This document shows, one piece after another, positions 1 through 8,080 of a stretch of DNA of 64,000 bases; positions within the stretch are counted from its first letter, which is position 1; each line of letters opens with the position of its first letter. A program made the translations under genes and the position numbers. This DNA comes from an uncultured Gammaproteobacteria bacterium (GTDB taxonomy: Bacteria; Patescibacteriota; Microgenomatia; UBA10105; UBA927): contig CAZEVT010000004.1 of NCBI GenBank assembly GCA_964515005.1, positions 4,302 to 68,301 of the forward strand. Reading direction: 5' to 3'. Under the pieces are notes generated by a model. The model was not told the DNA's origin, searched no databases, and saw nothing but the letters and a program-made list of their open reading frames with translations.

Positions 1-135
1 TTAAACGGCGGGTCAGACAGCTACCTCGATGTATCGCTTAACCAACTCAAGAGTGAACTTCCTCTTGCCATAAACGTCCACAAGTCAGCTGAAGAGGCGA
101 AAGTCTACACCGCCTGCGGTCCTCTTACCCCGTAA
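1..135 (+). CDS. 3' end of a CHRD/SodC-like beta-sandwich hypothetical protein (partial)
   Basis: Frame open from base 1: LNGGSDSYLDVSLNQLKSELPLAINVHKSAEEAKVYTACGPLTP*. The 'AINVH...Y.ACG' ending resembles CHRD/SodC-like folds. Not in the ORF track. Confidence 0.6.
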   Translation, partial: LNGGSDSYLDVSLNQLKSELPLAINVHKSAEEAKVYTACGPLTP

Positions 136-262
136 GGCGCTTGAAGTATTCAACCTGACGAAGTCTTTTTAATGCTTCCTCCCGCGTTTTGTAGGGCCCG
201 CCCATATTCCGCCGGGTTTTTTCGGAGAGCACGAAGTACCCTTTTTTTCTTTTAACTATCAT
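125..262 (-). CDS. small basic hypothetical protein (45 aa)
   Basis: Hand translation MIVKRKKGYFVLSEKTRRNMGGPYKTREEALKRLRQVEYFKRLTG*. Its start overlaps the stop of 259..591 as ATGA. Confidence 0.65.
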   Translation of the reverse strand: MIVKRKKGYFVLSEKTRRNMGGPYKTREEALKRLRQVEYFKRLTG

Positions 263-591
263 TCTTTCGTATGTTTTTTGATTTCCCGAAGCAATTTTGC
301 TTTGGTTTTGTTTGCGCGGTCCAGGATTGCAAGTTCCAGGTTCACGACGGCGTGATCTTTGAGATATTGCATGAGCCCGGGGTCATGGGGCGCGGCGTGG
401 AACTTCGTGAGGAATTCTTCGTGTTTTTCACCCGGCAAATAGCTGAAGATGACGTCCAGGATTTCGTGCTGGATGGTCTGGTCAATGAGGATAAGAAGTT
501 TTTGCTTCTCGGCGGGTGTAAACTTATGCGCGTCCAGTACCGCAACCACTTCTTCAATGACAATGAGATGATCGTAAAATAGTTTAGACAT
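259..591 (-). CDS. helical hypothetical protein
   Basis: 110-aa ORF, 3 nt downstream of 595..1509 on the same strand. Confidence 0.75.
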   Translation of the reverse strand: MSKLFYDHLIVIEEVVAVLDAHKFTPAEKQKLLILIDQTIQHEILDVIFSYLPGEKHEEFLTKFHAAPHDPGLMQYLKDHAVVNLELAILDRANKTKAKLLREIKKHTKE

Positions 592-594
592 ATG

Positions 595-1509
595 TTACGT
601 TGCCGCGAGCGGCCTCCCTACACGTACATTGTACTCCACAGGGCCCAAAGGAATCTCGCCGCTCGGGTCGTCGACAAAAAACAGGATAACCGCGCCTTTT
701 TGTTTCCCGACATTGTGGCCTAAGTATGCCATAACCTCGGGAGATCCTCCGTAATGCTTCCCCGTCCAGTCGGCGGGTCCTGCATCCGCTACATCCGCAA
801 CGAGTGTTTTGCCGTTTGCCGGATTGACGACCAGCACTTTCCGGTATTTGTACCAATCCCGCAGATACGGCAGCCGCTCCTGCCAGTCCGGAAGATACAA
901 CGTCTGCACGGCAACATACCATTTTTCTTTTTGGATGAGGTCCTCGGTGAGATCTCCCCTGGAATTGGCAAAGTAGCCCCAGGCGCCTTTCCCGGGCGTG
1001 ATCCCTGATCCCTGATATGCATCATGCGCTCCCACGGAGTCGCCGGGATACCGGGGGAGGTGCTGTTCGGCGCCCATATATCCGTAGCTGCGGTTTAGTC
1101 GTTCTCCTTGGAGCATGGCATTTGCGTCTATACCCCAAACACCTTTGATTTCGTTGGCGACAGCCTCTTCCTGCTGGTGGGTAAGTGGCTCCACGCCGTC
1201 AGGAAGCAGGGGCGTCAGCTGGTTACTTAATTCTTTCTGCAGGTCCGAAGGCGAAAGTTTGGCAATCGCGGTGTGGGGAGAGGAAGCTACCTGGTGGGCA
1301 AGCGGTTGGGCAAGGAGCATGGCGCCTGCCATAGCGGTCGTTGCGGCGACGCGTCCGGCGTGCTCGCGGATCCGCCCGGGGGTCAATCCGCGATCGGTAA
1401 AAAACTTGACCACATGCGGGTGGCGCTTGTGGAGTTTTTTCTCGGCTATTTGCGCCTGTTTCTGGAGGCCGAGGTACAGTTTACTCGTGTTGAGCGTGGC
1501 TTTGTACAT
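595..1509 (-). CDS. exported protein with RlpA-like double-psi beta-barrel (putative cell-wall enzyme)
   Basis: Hydrophobic segment at ~aa 53-70. C-terminal KVLVVNPANGKTLVADVADAGP resembles the DPBB 'V.V.N..NG..V.V.V.D.GP' motif. Confidence 0.6.
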   Translation of the reverse strand: MYKATLNTSKLYLGLQKQAQIAEKKLHKRHPHVVKFFTDRGLTPGRIREHAGRVAATTAMAGAMLLAQPLAHQVASSPHTAIAKLSPSDLQKELSNQLTPLLPDGVEPLTHQQEEAVANEIKGVWGIDANAMLQGERLNRSYGYMGAEQHLPRYPGDSVGAHDAYQGSGITPGKGAWGYFANSRGDLTEDLIQKEKWYVAVQTLYLPDWQERLPYLRDWYKYRKVLVVNPANGKTLVADVADAGPADWTGKHYGGSPEVMAYLGHNVGKQKGAVILFFVDDPSGEIPLGPVEYNVRVGRPLAAT

Positions 1510-1523
1510 TAGATATTAGTATA

Positions 1524-1591
1524 CACGCACCTTACTCAGATTTGCAGCCCGACAGGGCGAAAAAGCTGATTAGATGCGTGGATATCCGGAC
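1524..1591. repeat. 68-nt structured intergenic repeat, copy 1 (candidate ncRNA motif)
   Basis: Ungapped match to 2837-2904 and 29427-29494. Long hairpin CACGCA..TCAG.TTT.GCA.GCCC-GACA-GGGC.GAA.AAA.CTGA..TGCGTG followed by GATATCCGGAC. Confidence 0.85.
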
Positions 1592-1657
1592 TTACCTAAA
1601 TTTAGAGGGTGTACCGACTTGACAAGATCTGGTACATAGGGTTTACTTACATAAGAG

Positions 1658-2272
1658 ATGAAAAAAGCCGGTATAGCCATAGCTGTCTTGATATTTTTGT
1701 TTAGTGCCGCACCGGTGAATGCCGCATGGAGGTTTGGGGATTATTTTCCAAGAAGAACGCCTACCCCCAGAGTGTATCCCACGAGAGTCCAACCAACTTC
1801 AGCATCTGCAAGATCTACAGAGAAGGCAGCGAACCTGGCCGTGCGGACACAGGCAGTCGTCACCCGGATGCTCAATAGCTACCAAAATAGATTGGACAAT
1901 TACAAAGACTTCCTGGCCAAAGTGAAATTACGCCGCGATAAACTTGCGGCGGACGGCAAGGATGTTGCCCGGCTGGATGCGTTTATCCTGCGGGCGACGG
2001 ATAATGCGGCCAATGCGGAGTCAGTGCTCAACAGCGCCAAAACCGCGTTAGGTCTTTTGGATTATACTATGGACATGAAAGAGTTGCGACGCGCGATACA
2101 AACAGAACTTCGCAAGATCCGCCTGGCATTTACGCAGATGCACAAAAGCATGAGTGAAAACGTACGTGCAATTCGTGAATTGTCTTTGAGGTCAACTATT
2201 GCACCGACCAGAACACAACCGACGCGGGGTCCCTTTCCGACAAAACCAGGCAAAAGGGTAGGTCAACAATGA
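1658..2272 (+). CDS. secreted coiled-coil hypothetical protein
   Basis: Signal peptide MKKAGIAIAVLIFLFSAAPVNA, long helical body, PT-rich ends. Confidence 0.8.
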   Translation: MKKAGIAIAVLIFLFSAAPVNAAWRFGDYFPRRTPTPRVYPTRVQPTSASARSTEKAANLAVRTQAVVTRMLNSYQNRLDNYKDFLAKVKLRRDKLAADGKDVARLDAFILRATDNAANAESVLNSAKTALGLLDYTMDMKELRRAIQTELRKIRLAFTQMHKSMSENVRAIRELSLRSTIAPTRTQPTRGPFPTKPGKRVGQQ

Positions 2273-2499
2273 AACATAAACATTTTAGAACCGTTGTGAT
2301 CTTTGTGGTTGTAGCCATTGCCTTTCTGGTCTACATTGTCGGCGTGGTACGCCAAGGCGCCGGATCGACCCAGAGCCGCGCCTCACGCAGTGAAACTTTG
2401 ACCCCCGGGGATGATGCCCTATCACTTGAACAGGACCTCAACAAACTTCAACAGGACCCCGAGCCCGGTGTTGAGCAGGAGCTCAACGCTATCCAGTAA
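2269..2499 (+). CDS. small single-TM hypothetical protein
   Basis: ATGA overlap with the upstream gene; N-terminal TM helix. Confidence 0.7.
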   Translation: MKHKHFRTVVIFVVVAIAFLVYIVGVVRQGAGSTQSRASRSETLTPGDDALSLEQDLNKLQQDPEPGVEQELNAIQ

Positions 2500-2508
2500 C
2501 CCCATCTT

Positions 2509-2799
2509 ATGGACGGTACGCTACGCGTTTCCATCCGGGTACGGAAATACTTGTGGGATGAGTTTGTGCATGACGTGGCCTACTTCCTCTACGCCACCAT
2601 CATCATTTCCAACGCCCTCTCCAAGCGGTACCTCCACCGCTCATTGCAGCAACTTATCGACGGCATATGGGCGATTCCGAACTTCCTTGCCGGAGTTATA
2701 CTTCTGATCCTAGCCGGCGCAGCAGGAATGGTCGTGATGGCGTCCATGTTTGCCATTCCGGTAATTCTGTACCTCGCCTCCACCGGAAGGCTTCAGTGA
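2509..2799 (+). CDS. hypothetical membrane protein
   Basis: 96-aa ORF with hydrophobic C-terminal half, 9 nt after the previous stop. Confidence 0.55.
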   Translation: MDGTLRVSIRVRKYLWDEFVHDVAYFLYATIIISNALSKRYLHRSLQQLIDGIWAIPNFLAGVILLILAGAAGMVVMASMFAIPVILYLASTGRLQ

Positions 2800-2836
2800 G
2801 GGGAAACATCGTATTTTGAGCGTGAGGGGAGTATAC

Positions 2837-2904
2837 AGCCCATCTTACTCAGATTTGTAGTCCGACAGGACGAAAAAGCTGATTAGATGGATGGATACCC
2901 GGAC
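2837..2904. repeat. 68-nt structured intergenic repeat, copy 2
   Basis: Inner stem GTCC-GACA-GGAC, compensatory relative to GCCC/GGGC. Similarity to copy 1 extends to 2923/1610. Confidence 0.85.
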
Positions 2905-2943
2905 TTTCCTTAATTTATAGGGTATAATTTGAGCATTCCTCTG

Positions 2944-3297
2944 ATGAAATCATATATACGATTTGCACATCGCCTGATGACGCTCATGGATACAAAATTT
3001 AACCTTTTTGGTATCCGGTTTGGGATAGATCCGCTTCTGGATATCTGGCCGGGTTTTGGAAGTTTGATCGGAGCGGGCATTTCCAGTTATCTCTTTTGGA
3101 TAGCCTACAAGCTGAATGTTCCCACGCGGCTCTACTTACGCATGGGTTGGCACATAGCGGTAGATTTTGTATTGGGCGCGATACCGTTTGTAGGATTTGC
3201 CTTTGACCTTTTCTACCGTGCAAATGCAAAAAACCTCGCACTTCTTACCCCATACGTAGATTCAGAAATACTTGAGGGAGTGGTGATGGAGAGATAA
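2944..3297 (+). CDS. DUF4112 family membrane protein
   Basis: LMDTKFNLFGIRFGIDPLLDIWPGFG and GAIPFVGFAFDLFYRANAKN match the DUF4112 pattern. TATAAT at 2923-2928. Confidence 0.8.
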   Translation: MKSYIRFAHRLMTLMDTKFNLFGIRFGIDPLLDIWPGFGSLIGAGISSYLFWIAYKLNVPTRLYLRMGWHIAVDFVLGAIPFVGFAFDLFYRANAKNLALLTPYVDSEILEGVVMER

Positions 3298-3366
3298 TCG
3301 AAGTGTATGGAGTTTACACTGAGTTCTACCGAAGTGAGCGCGGGAAGAGTATAATTTGGCGTAGTT

Positions 3367-4050
3367 ATGATCAAAGTTTTGCCTAAAGGTGCCGGTCATA
3401 GAAAACGATTAAGAGATAGATTTCTACAATCGGGCTTAGATGGATTTCTAGATTATGAAGTGATCGAATTGCTTTTAACTTTGGGAACACCCAGACGGGA
3501 TTGTAAGCAGATGGCGAAAGATGTGGTTAAAAAATTTAATGGGTTACGCGGCGCTCTTGATGCCTCAATTGAAGAATTACAAAATATTAGTGGAATAGGT
3601 CCGTATAATGCATTTGGCCTAAAACTCTTTCAGGAAATGTCTGCGCGTCTGGCAAGGGAGCAAATACCAGAAAAGATTACGCTCGATTCTTCAAAAGCTG
3701 TTGCGAATTATTTACAAAAATCTATAGGTTCAAAAAAGAAAGAATATTTTATTATGTTATCTTTAGACGCACGAAATAACTTAATAAAGATTAGTAATAT
3801 TTCAGTTGGTTCGCTTAACGCAAGCATTGTGCACCCAAGGGAGATTTTTAAAGAGGCAATTCAATCTTCTGCTGCGCACATATTAATAGCGCACAATCAT
3901 CCATCGGGTGACCCTGAAGCTTCGCCGGAAGATGTTGCCTTAACGCGACGATTGGGGGAAGCCGCAAAGATTTTTGACATAGATTTACTTGATCATGTTA
4001 TAGTTACAAGAGACAATTTTTTTAGCTTAAAGGAGCAAAATTTAATTTAA
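3367..4050 (+). CDS. radC: RadC family (JAB domain) protein
   Basis: GHRKRLRDRF N-terminus, HhH (ISGIG), VHPREIF, AHNHPSGDPEASPED, LLDHVIV. Confidence 0.95.
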   Translation: MIKVLPKGAGHRKRLRDRFLQSGLDGFLDYEVIELLLTLGTPRRDCKQMAKDVVKKFNGLRGALDASIEELQNISGIGPYNAFGLKLFQEMSARLAREQIPEKITLDSSKAVANYLQKSIGSKKKEYFIMLSLDARNNLIKISNISVGSLNASIVHPREIFKEAIQSSAAHILIAHNHPSGDPEASPEDVALTRRLGEAAKIFDIDLLDHVIVTRDNFFSLKEQNLI

Positions 4051-4054
4051 ATAA

Positions 4055-4402
4055 ATGTCTGGTATAAAAAAACTTACAGAAAAAATTAAGAAATTTCGAG
4101 ATGAGCGAGATTGGAAACAATTTCATAACCCGAAAGATATGTCCCTTTCGCTAGTTTTGGAGGCGGCAGAGGTAATGGAGCATTTCCAATGGATGAGTTC
4201 AGAAGAAATGATAGTTTATACAAAAAGTAATAAGCATGAAATTGGTGAAGAGTTGGCAGACGTATTATATTGGATTCTTCTCATAAGTCATGATTTAGAG
4301 ATTGATATTATAGATGCATTAGAAAAGAAGCTTATAATTCAAGAAAAAAAATATCCAATAGAAAAAGCTAAGGGGAAGCACACTAAATATAACAAGCTTT
4401 AA
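4055..4402 (+). CDS. MazG-like nucleotide pyrophosphohydrolase (DCTPP1-like)
   Basis: FRDERDWKQFHNPKD, EAAEVMEHFQW, EELADV, KKYP motifs. Confidence 0.9.
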   Translation: MSGIKKLTEKIKKFRDERDWKQFHNPKDMSLSLVLEAAEVMEHFQWMSSEEMIVYTKSNKHEIGEELADVLYWILLISHDLEIDIIDALEKKLIIQEKKYPIEKAKGKHTKYNKL

Positions 4403-4405
4403 ATT

Positions 4406-6265
4406 ATGATCCTTTACGATGCCTCTATAGAACATTTTAATGAAGACGTAATGCAAAATCGTATTGCAGATCGTGCAGCCGAAAAATATCACGCGTACTA
4501 TAAAAGACAACCGGGGGAGTCTGAATATCGTTCATGGGCAATGTCGTTGGCAATTTTAAACAATAGCTTCATCTATGCTGGACTTAAAGATAATCATATA
4601 GTAGTTGAATACGAGCTCCCATTCGCTTCACAAAGGATCGATGTGTTATTGTTTGGACATGATGTTGATGGAAAAGAAAATATAGTGATTATGGAGCTTA
4701 AACAGTGGTCAAATGACAATGTTAAGGATTCAATTTCAGAGGGAAATATAATCGTTAATTATGGAAAATTCAAAAAAGAACAACCCCATCCGGCTTTGCA
4801 GGTGCAGGGGTATTATTTCGGTTTGAAAGATTTTGTTCAAGTTTTTGATGAAACAAATGCTCCAGATTTGAGCGCGACTATCTATGCACATAATTATTCG
4901 AAATACAAAGATGCAACACTCTTTTCTCCTAAATATTCTGAATTAATAAAAACGTTCCCGATATTTACAAAAGAAGATGCTGTCGAACTCGGCAGGTATT
5001 TAAAAAAACGTCTCCAAAGTGGAAAGGGGCAGTTGGTTTATGAACACTTTGCAAGAAGTCCAATCGGCCCATCAAAAAAACTTCTTGATCACACGAGTGA
5101 AATGATTAATAAACAACAAATATTTAACTTAATTGATGATCAAATTGTAGCGTACAACGCCATCATGCACAAAGCAAAACAGTTAGCAAAAATAAAAAAG
5201 AAATCAGTAATAATCGTAAAAGGTGGTCCTGGCACAGGGAAGTCAGTCATCGCGCTCGAGGTTATGGGTGAGCTTTTAAGGCGGGGAAAAACGGTTATGC
5301 ACGCTACTGGTTCGTCCGCGTTTACAAACACACTTAGAAAAATTGTTGGCGTTCGCGCACGAACTCTCTTCAAGTTTTTTAATGGCTTTACAACAACCAA
5401 ACCAGATTCTCTTGATGTTCTTGTCTGTGATGAGGCACATCGTATTAGAGAGACTAGTGTGAACAGATACACTCCTAGAGATCAAAGAACAAATTTGCCT
5501 CAGATCGACGAATTATTAAGAATAGCAAAGCTAAATATTTTCTTTATCGATGAAAATCAAACAGTTCGCCCAAATGAAATCGGCAGTGTTGCAATCATTA
5601 AAGAAGCTGCCAGACGCTTTGAGATCGATGAGTCAGAAATAATTGAATTTGAATTAAAAACCCAGTTTCGTTGTTCTGGGTCGGATGCATATTTACAATG
5701 GATTGATAAAGTTTTAGATATTCAAGGTTCTGACATCGCACACTTTGATCCTAAAATGGAATTTCGTATTTTTGAGTCTCCGTCTGAAATGATGACGGAA
5801 ATTAGAGCTAGAAATCAAGAGAAGGGCAATTCTGCAAGAATAGTTGCTGGGTTTTGCTGGCCATGGAGTAATCCAAATAGTGACGGGTCCTTAGTAAGTG
5901 ATGTAAAGGTTGGTAATTTTGAAATGCCGTGGGAGAAAAAAAATGAGTTTTGGAAATGGGCAACTGACCCGAGTGGAATGGAACAAGTTGGAACAGTGTA
6001 TACGTCACAAGGTTTTGAGTTTGACTATATAGGCGTCATATTCGGTAACGATTTAGTGTATGACTTGAAAAAACAAAAATGGATTGTAAAACCAGAAAAT
6101 TCACACGACACAATGGTTACAAGAAACAATGAAGACCTAGATAGACATTTAAAAAATGTATACCGGGTACTTATGTCCAGAGCTCACAAAGGGGTTTATG
6201 TATATTTTGTGGATAAGGCAACTGAAGAGTACTTTAAAGCTAATCTTAAAGAAGAACAAAAATGA
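4406..6265 (+). CDS. DUF2075 (Schlafen group-3-like) helicase/ATPase with N-terminal PD-(D/E)xK-like domain
   Basis: Walker A GGPGTGKS, Walker B VCDEAHR, QFRC, VYTSQGFEFDY, YRVLMSR. N-terminal EYEL..RIDV..IMELKQW is nuclease-like. Confidence 0.88.
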   Translation: MILYDASIEHFNEDVMQNRIADRAAEKYHAYYKRQPGESEYRSWAMSLAILNNSFIYAGLKDNHIVVEYELPFASQRIDVLLFGHDVDGKENIVIMELKQWSNDNVKDSISEGNIIVNYGKFKKEQPHPALQVQGYYFGLKDFVQVFDETNAPDLSATIYAHNYSKYKDATLFSPKYSELIKTFPIFTKEDAVELGRYLKKRLQSGKGQLVYEHFARSPIGPSKKLLDHTSEMINKQQIFNLIDDQIVAYNAIMHKAKQLAKIKKKSVIIVKGGPGTGKSVIALEVMGELLRRGKTVMHATGSSAFTNTLRKIVGVRARTLFKFFNGFTTTKPDSLDVLVCDEAHRIRETSVNRYTPRDQRTNLPQIDELLRIAKLNIFFIDENQTVRPNEIGSVAIIKEAARRFEIDESEIIEFELKTQFRCSGSDAYLQWIDKVLDIQGSDIAHFDPKMEFRIFESPSEMMTEIRARNQEKGNSARIVAGFCWPWSNPNSDGSLVSDVKVGNFEMPWEKKNEFWKWATDPSGMEQVGTVYTSQGFEFDYIGVIFGNDLVYDLKKQKWIVKPENSHDTMVTRNNEDLDRHLKNVYRVLMSRAHKGVYVYFVDKATEEYFKANLKEEQK

Positions 6266-6963
6266 GACAAATACAAGATGACGTCCTTTCGTATAGGGAA
6301 ATGTGCGATGCGGAAAAGGTTCAAACGCTTCAGAGAGGAATGAATTTTCGCCTCAATTCGTCATATTCAGTTATTTTAATGTCCCAGAGATCAAATGCAC
6401 CTTATGCAGATAGGATACATTCTGATGGAGTAACCATTGAATATGAGGGACATGATGTATCGCGCCAGTCATACACCCACAATCCAAAGCTTGAAGATCA
6501 ATCGCATCAGCTACCCTCAGGCAAGCTCACGCAAAATGGTTTGTTTATTGATTCAATTAATAAATACAAAGAAAATAAATCGACACCCGAGCGCGTAAAG
6601 GCGTACGAAAAAATTATGAATGGTGTCTGGTCATTGAAGGGCTATTTTGATCTCATTGACTACAAAATAGTGAATGACGGCAAGCGCAACGTATTTCGAT
6701 TTATTTTACGACTCTCGGATAAACAATCCCCTGATACGAATATTCAGAACATGCAGCTTAGTCATACACGTCTTATTCCATCTGAGGTAAAAAAAGAAGT
6801 GTGGAAGAGAGATGAAGGTAAATGTGTCAAATGCGGATCTCGAGAAAATTTACATTTCGATCACGATTTGCCCTTTTCACGAGGTGGAACAAGTCTAACA
6901 GCGAAGAACGTACGACTATTATGTTTGAAACACAATTTAGAAAAATCAGCGAAAATTCAGTAG
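6262..6963 (+). CDS. HNH endonuclease with SRA/PUA-like N-terminal domain (putative modification-dependent restriction enzyme)
   Basis: C-terminal RDEGKCVKCG...LHFDHDLPFSRGG...NVRLLCLKHN. N-terminal APYADR...IEYEGHD is SRA-like. Confidence 0.8.
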   Translation: MRQIQDDVLSYREMCDAEKVQTLQRGMNFRLNSSYSVILMSQRSNAPYADRIHSDGVTIEYEGHDVSRQSYTHNPKLEDQSHQLPSGKLTQNGLFIDSINKYKENKSTPERVKAYEKIMNGVWSLKGYFDLIDYKIVNDGKRNVFRFILRLSDKQSPDTNIQNMQLSHTRLIPSEVKKEVWKRDEGKCVKCGSRENLHFDHDLPFSRGGTSLTAKNVRLLCLKHNLEKSAKIQ

Positions 6964-7204
6964 CATTTTCTTAAACGAATTTTACCCGACACCGGTGGGG
7001 AGGGTTGAGGTGGAGGGAATGGTAAGACATAGATGCCATCGGTACGCTCAGCACAACTGAATACTTAATAATCTTCAATGCTAGAACTCCAAGGTAAAAA
7101 ATTTATCTATCACATGATTGAGTATCTTTGATACTTTTTGATATAAAAAAGCTATATTGTTTTTTGGCAGTCTTTAGATCATACTGCTTAAGTAGCTCAA
7201 TTTT

Positions 7205-7495
7205 ATGCTTGATTATGATGATATGACTACCAAAGAATTAAAAGAAAAAGAAACAGTAAGAACAAATGATCTGCTTTTAGAACTCAACAATAGAGTAGGA
7301 GTAATGATTTCTCTGCTTTTACGGATGGTGCAACAAGACAAATCATCAATAAGCCTAAAAGATCAAATTCAAATTCTTAACAATCTAGGTTTACGCCCTC
7401 GTGACATTGCCGCTATCCTTGGTAAGACCCCTACTCACATCAGTAAAGAACTTGTTGGCATAAGAAAAACAAAAACAACAGCAACCGAGGAGTAA
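7205..7495 (+). CDS. small helix + HTH protein A
   Basis: GLRPRDIAAILGKTPTHISKEL HTH pattern preceded by an amphipathic helix. The true start may be ATG 7223. Confidence 0.8.
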   Translation: MLDYDDMTTKELKEKETVRTNDLLLELNNRVGVMISLLLRMVQQDKSSISLKDQIQILNNLGLRPRDIAAILGKTPTHISKELVGIRKTKTTATEE

Positions 7496-7501
7496 TCGAC
7501 T

Positions 7502-7717
7502 ATGAGCGACCTGCAATTACTTGAACAAATATCTAACAAGCTGAGTGCATTAATTGCGCTTTCTCTACCAAGTGACGTAATAAAAATGTCTACAGCAGAC
7601 GGAGAGCGATTACTCAGACGATTCGACCTAAACAATCAAGCTATAGCAGACATTTTGGGAACTACAAAGAGAACAATTGAAGTGATGAAGAGTAGAGATC
7701 AAAAAAATAATAAATAA
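7502..7717 (+). CDS. small helix + HTH protein B
   Basis: DLNNQAIADILGTTKRTIEV; GAGGAG SD upstream. Confidence 0.8.
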   Translation: MSDLQLLEQISNKLSALIALSLPSDVIKMSTADGERLLRRFDLNNQAIADILGTTKRTIEVMKSRDQKNNK

Positions 7718-7719
7718 AC

Positions 7720-7908
7720 ATGGAAGACACAAAGGAAATCGAAAAAACGCTTAATAATCTCAAAAAATCAATTGATACTTTGATTTTGCTTGAGCTTTGT
7801 AAACTCGGTGCCGGCGCAAAAGAAATTCGAAATATTTTAGGGGGTTTGGACAATAATCAATTTTCCGCTATAAATGCAGCTATCAAAGGAGGCAAACAAC
7901 ATGGATGA
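7720..7908 (+). CDS. small helix + degenerate HTH protein C
   Basis: LKKSIDTLILLELCKLGAGAKEIRNILG; starts 2 nt after the previous stop. Confidence 0.7.
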   Translation: MEDTKEIEKTLNNLKKSIDTLILLELCKLGAGAKEIRNILGGLDNNQFSAINAAIKGGKQHG

Positions 7909-8080
7909 AAAAATTATCGGCATCCTAGAGGATATAAAAAAATTAGTAATTCTTGGTTTAATTACACGCGGTGTTCAGGGAAAAGACATAGCCCAGGTAA
8001 TCGGGGTAGATAAAAGCACGATCACGAGAATAGCCCCAGCACGAAAAATAAAAGTGAATAAAATAGATGAGCAGATATAA
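7901..8080 (+). CDS. small helix + HTH protein D
   Basis: AGGAGG SD then ATG 7901; GVQGKDIAQVIGVDKSTITR HTH. Confidence 0.8.
   Translation: MDEKIIGILEDIKKLVILGLITRGVQGKDIAQVIGVDKSTITRIAPARKIKVNKIDEQI

Noticed and set aside
1-260. Possible structured RNA (tmRNA or RNase P) in the apparently ORF-free first 260 nt
   Set aside because: The region is fully explained by a partial plus-strand CDS and a 45-aa minus-strand ORF; no tRNA-like ends were seen.
1535-1570. Hammerhead ribozyme (stem followed by CGAAA)
   Set aside because: The required CUGAnGA core before the stem is absent (TTTGCA instead).
2840-2890. Integron attC site (ATCTTAC...ATTAGAT ends, bulged hairpin)
   Set aside because: The invariant AAC/GTT triplets are missing, there is no integrase or cassette array, and one copy lies among housekeeping genes.
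2893-2911. Minus-strand AGGAAAGTCCGGG resembles the RNase P RNA CR-I motif
   Set aside because: No matching 3' ACAGAACCCGGC-like region, and the sequence belongs to a three-copy short repeat whose other copies lack the match.
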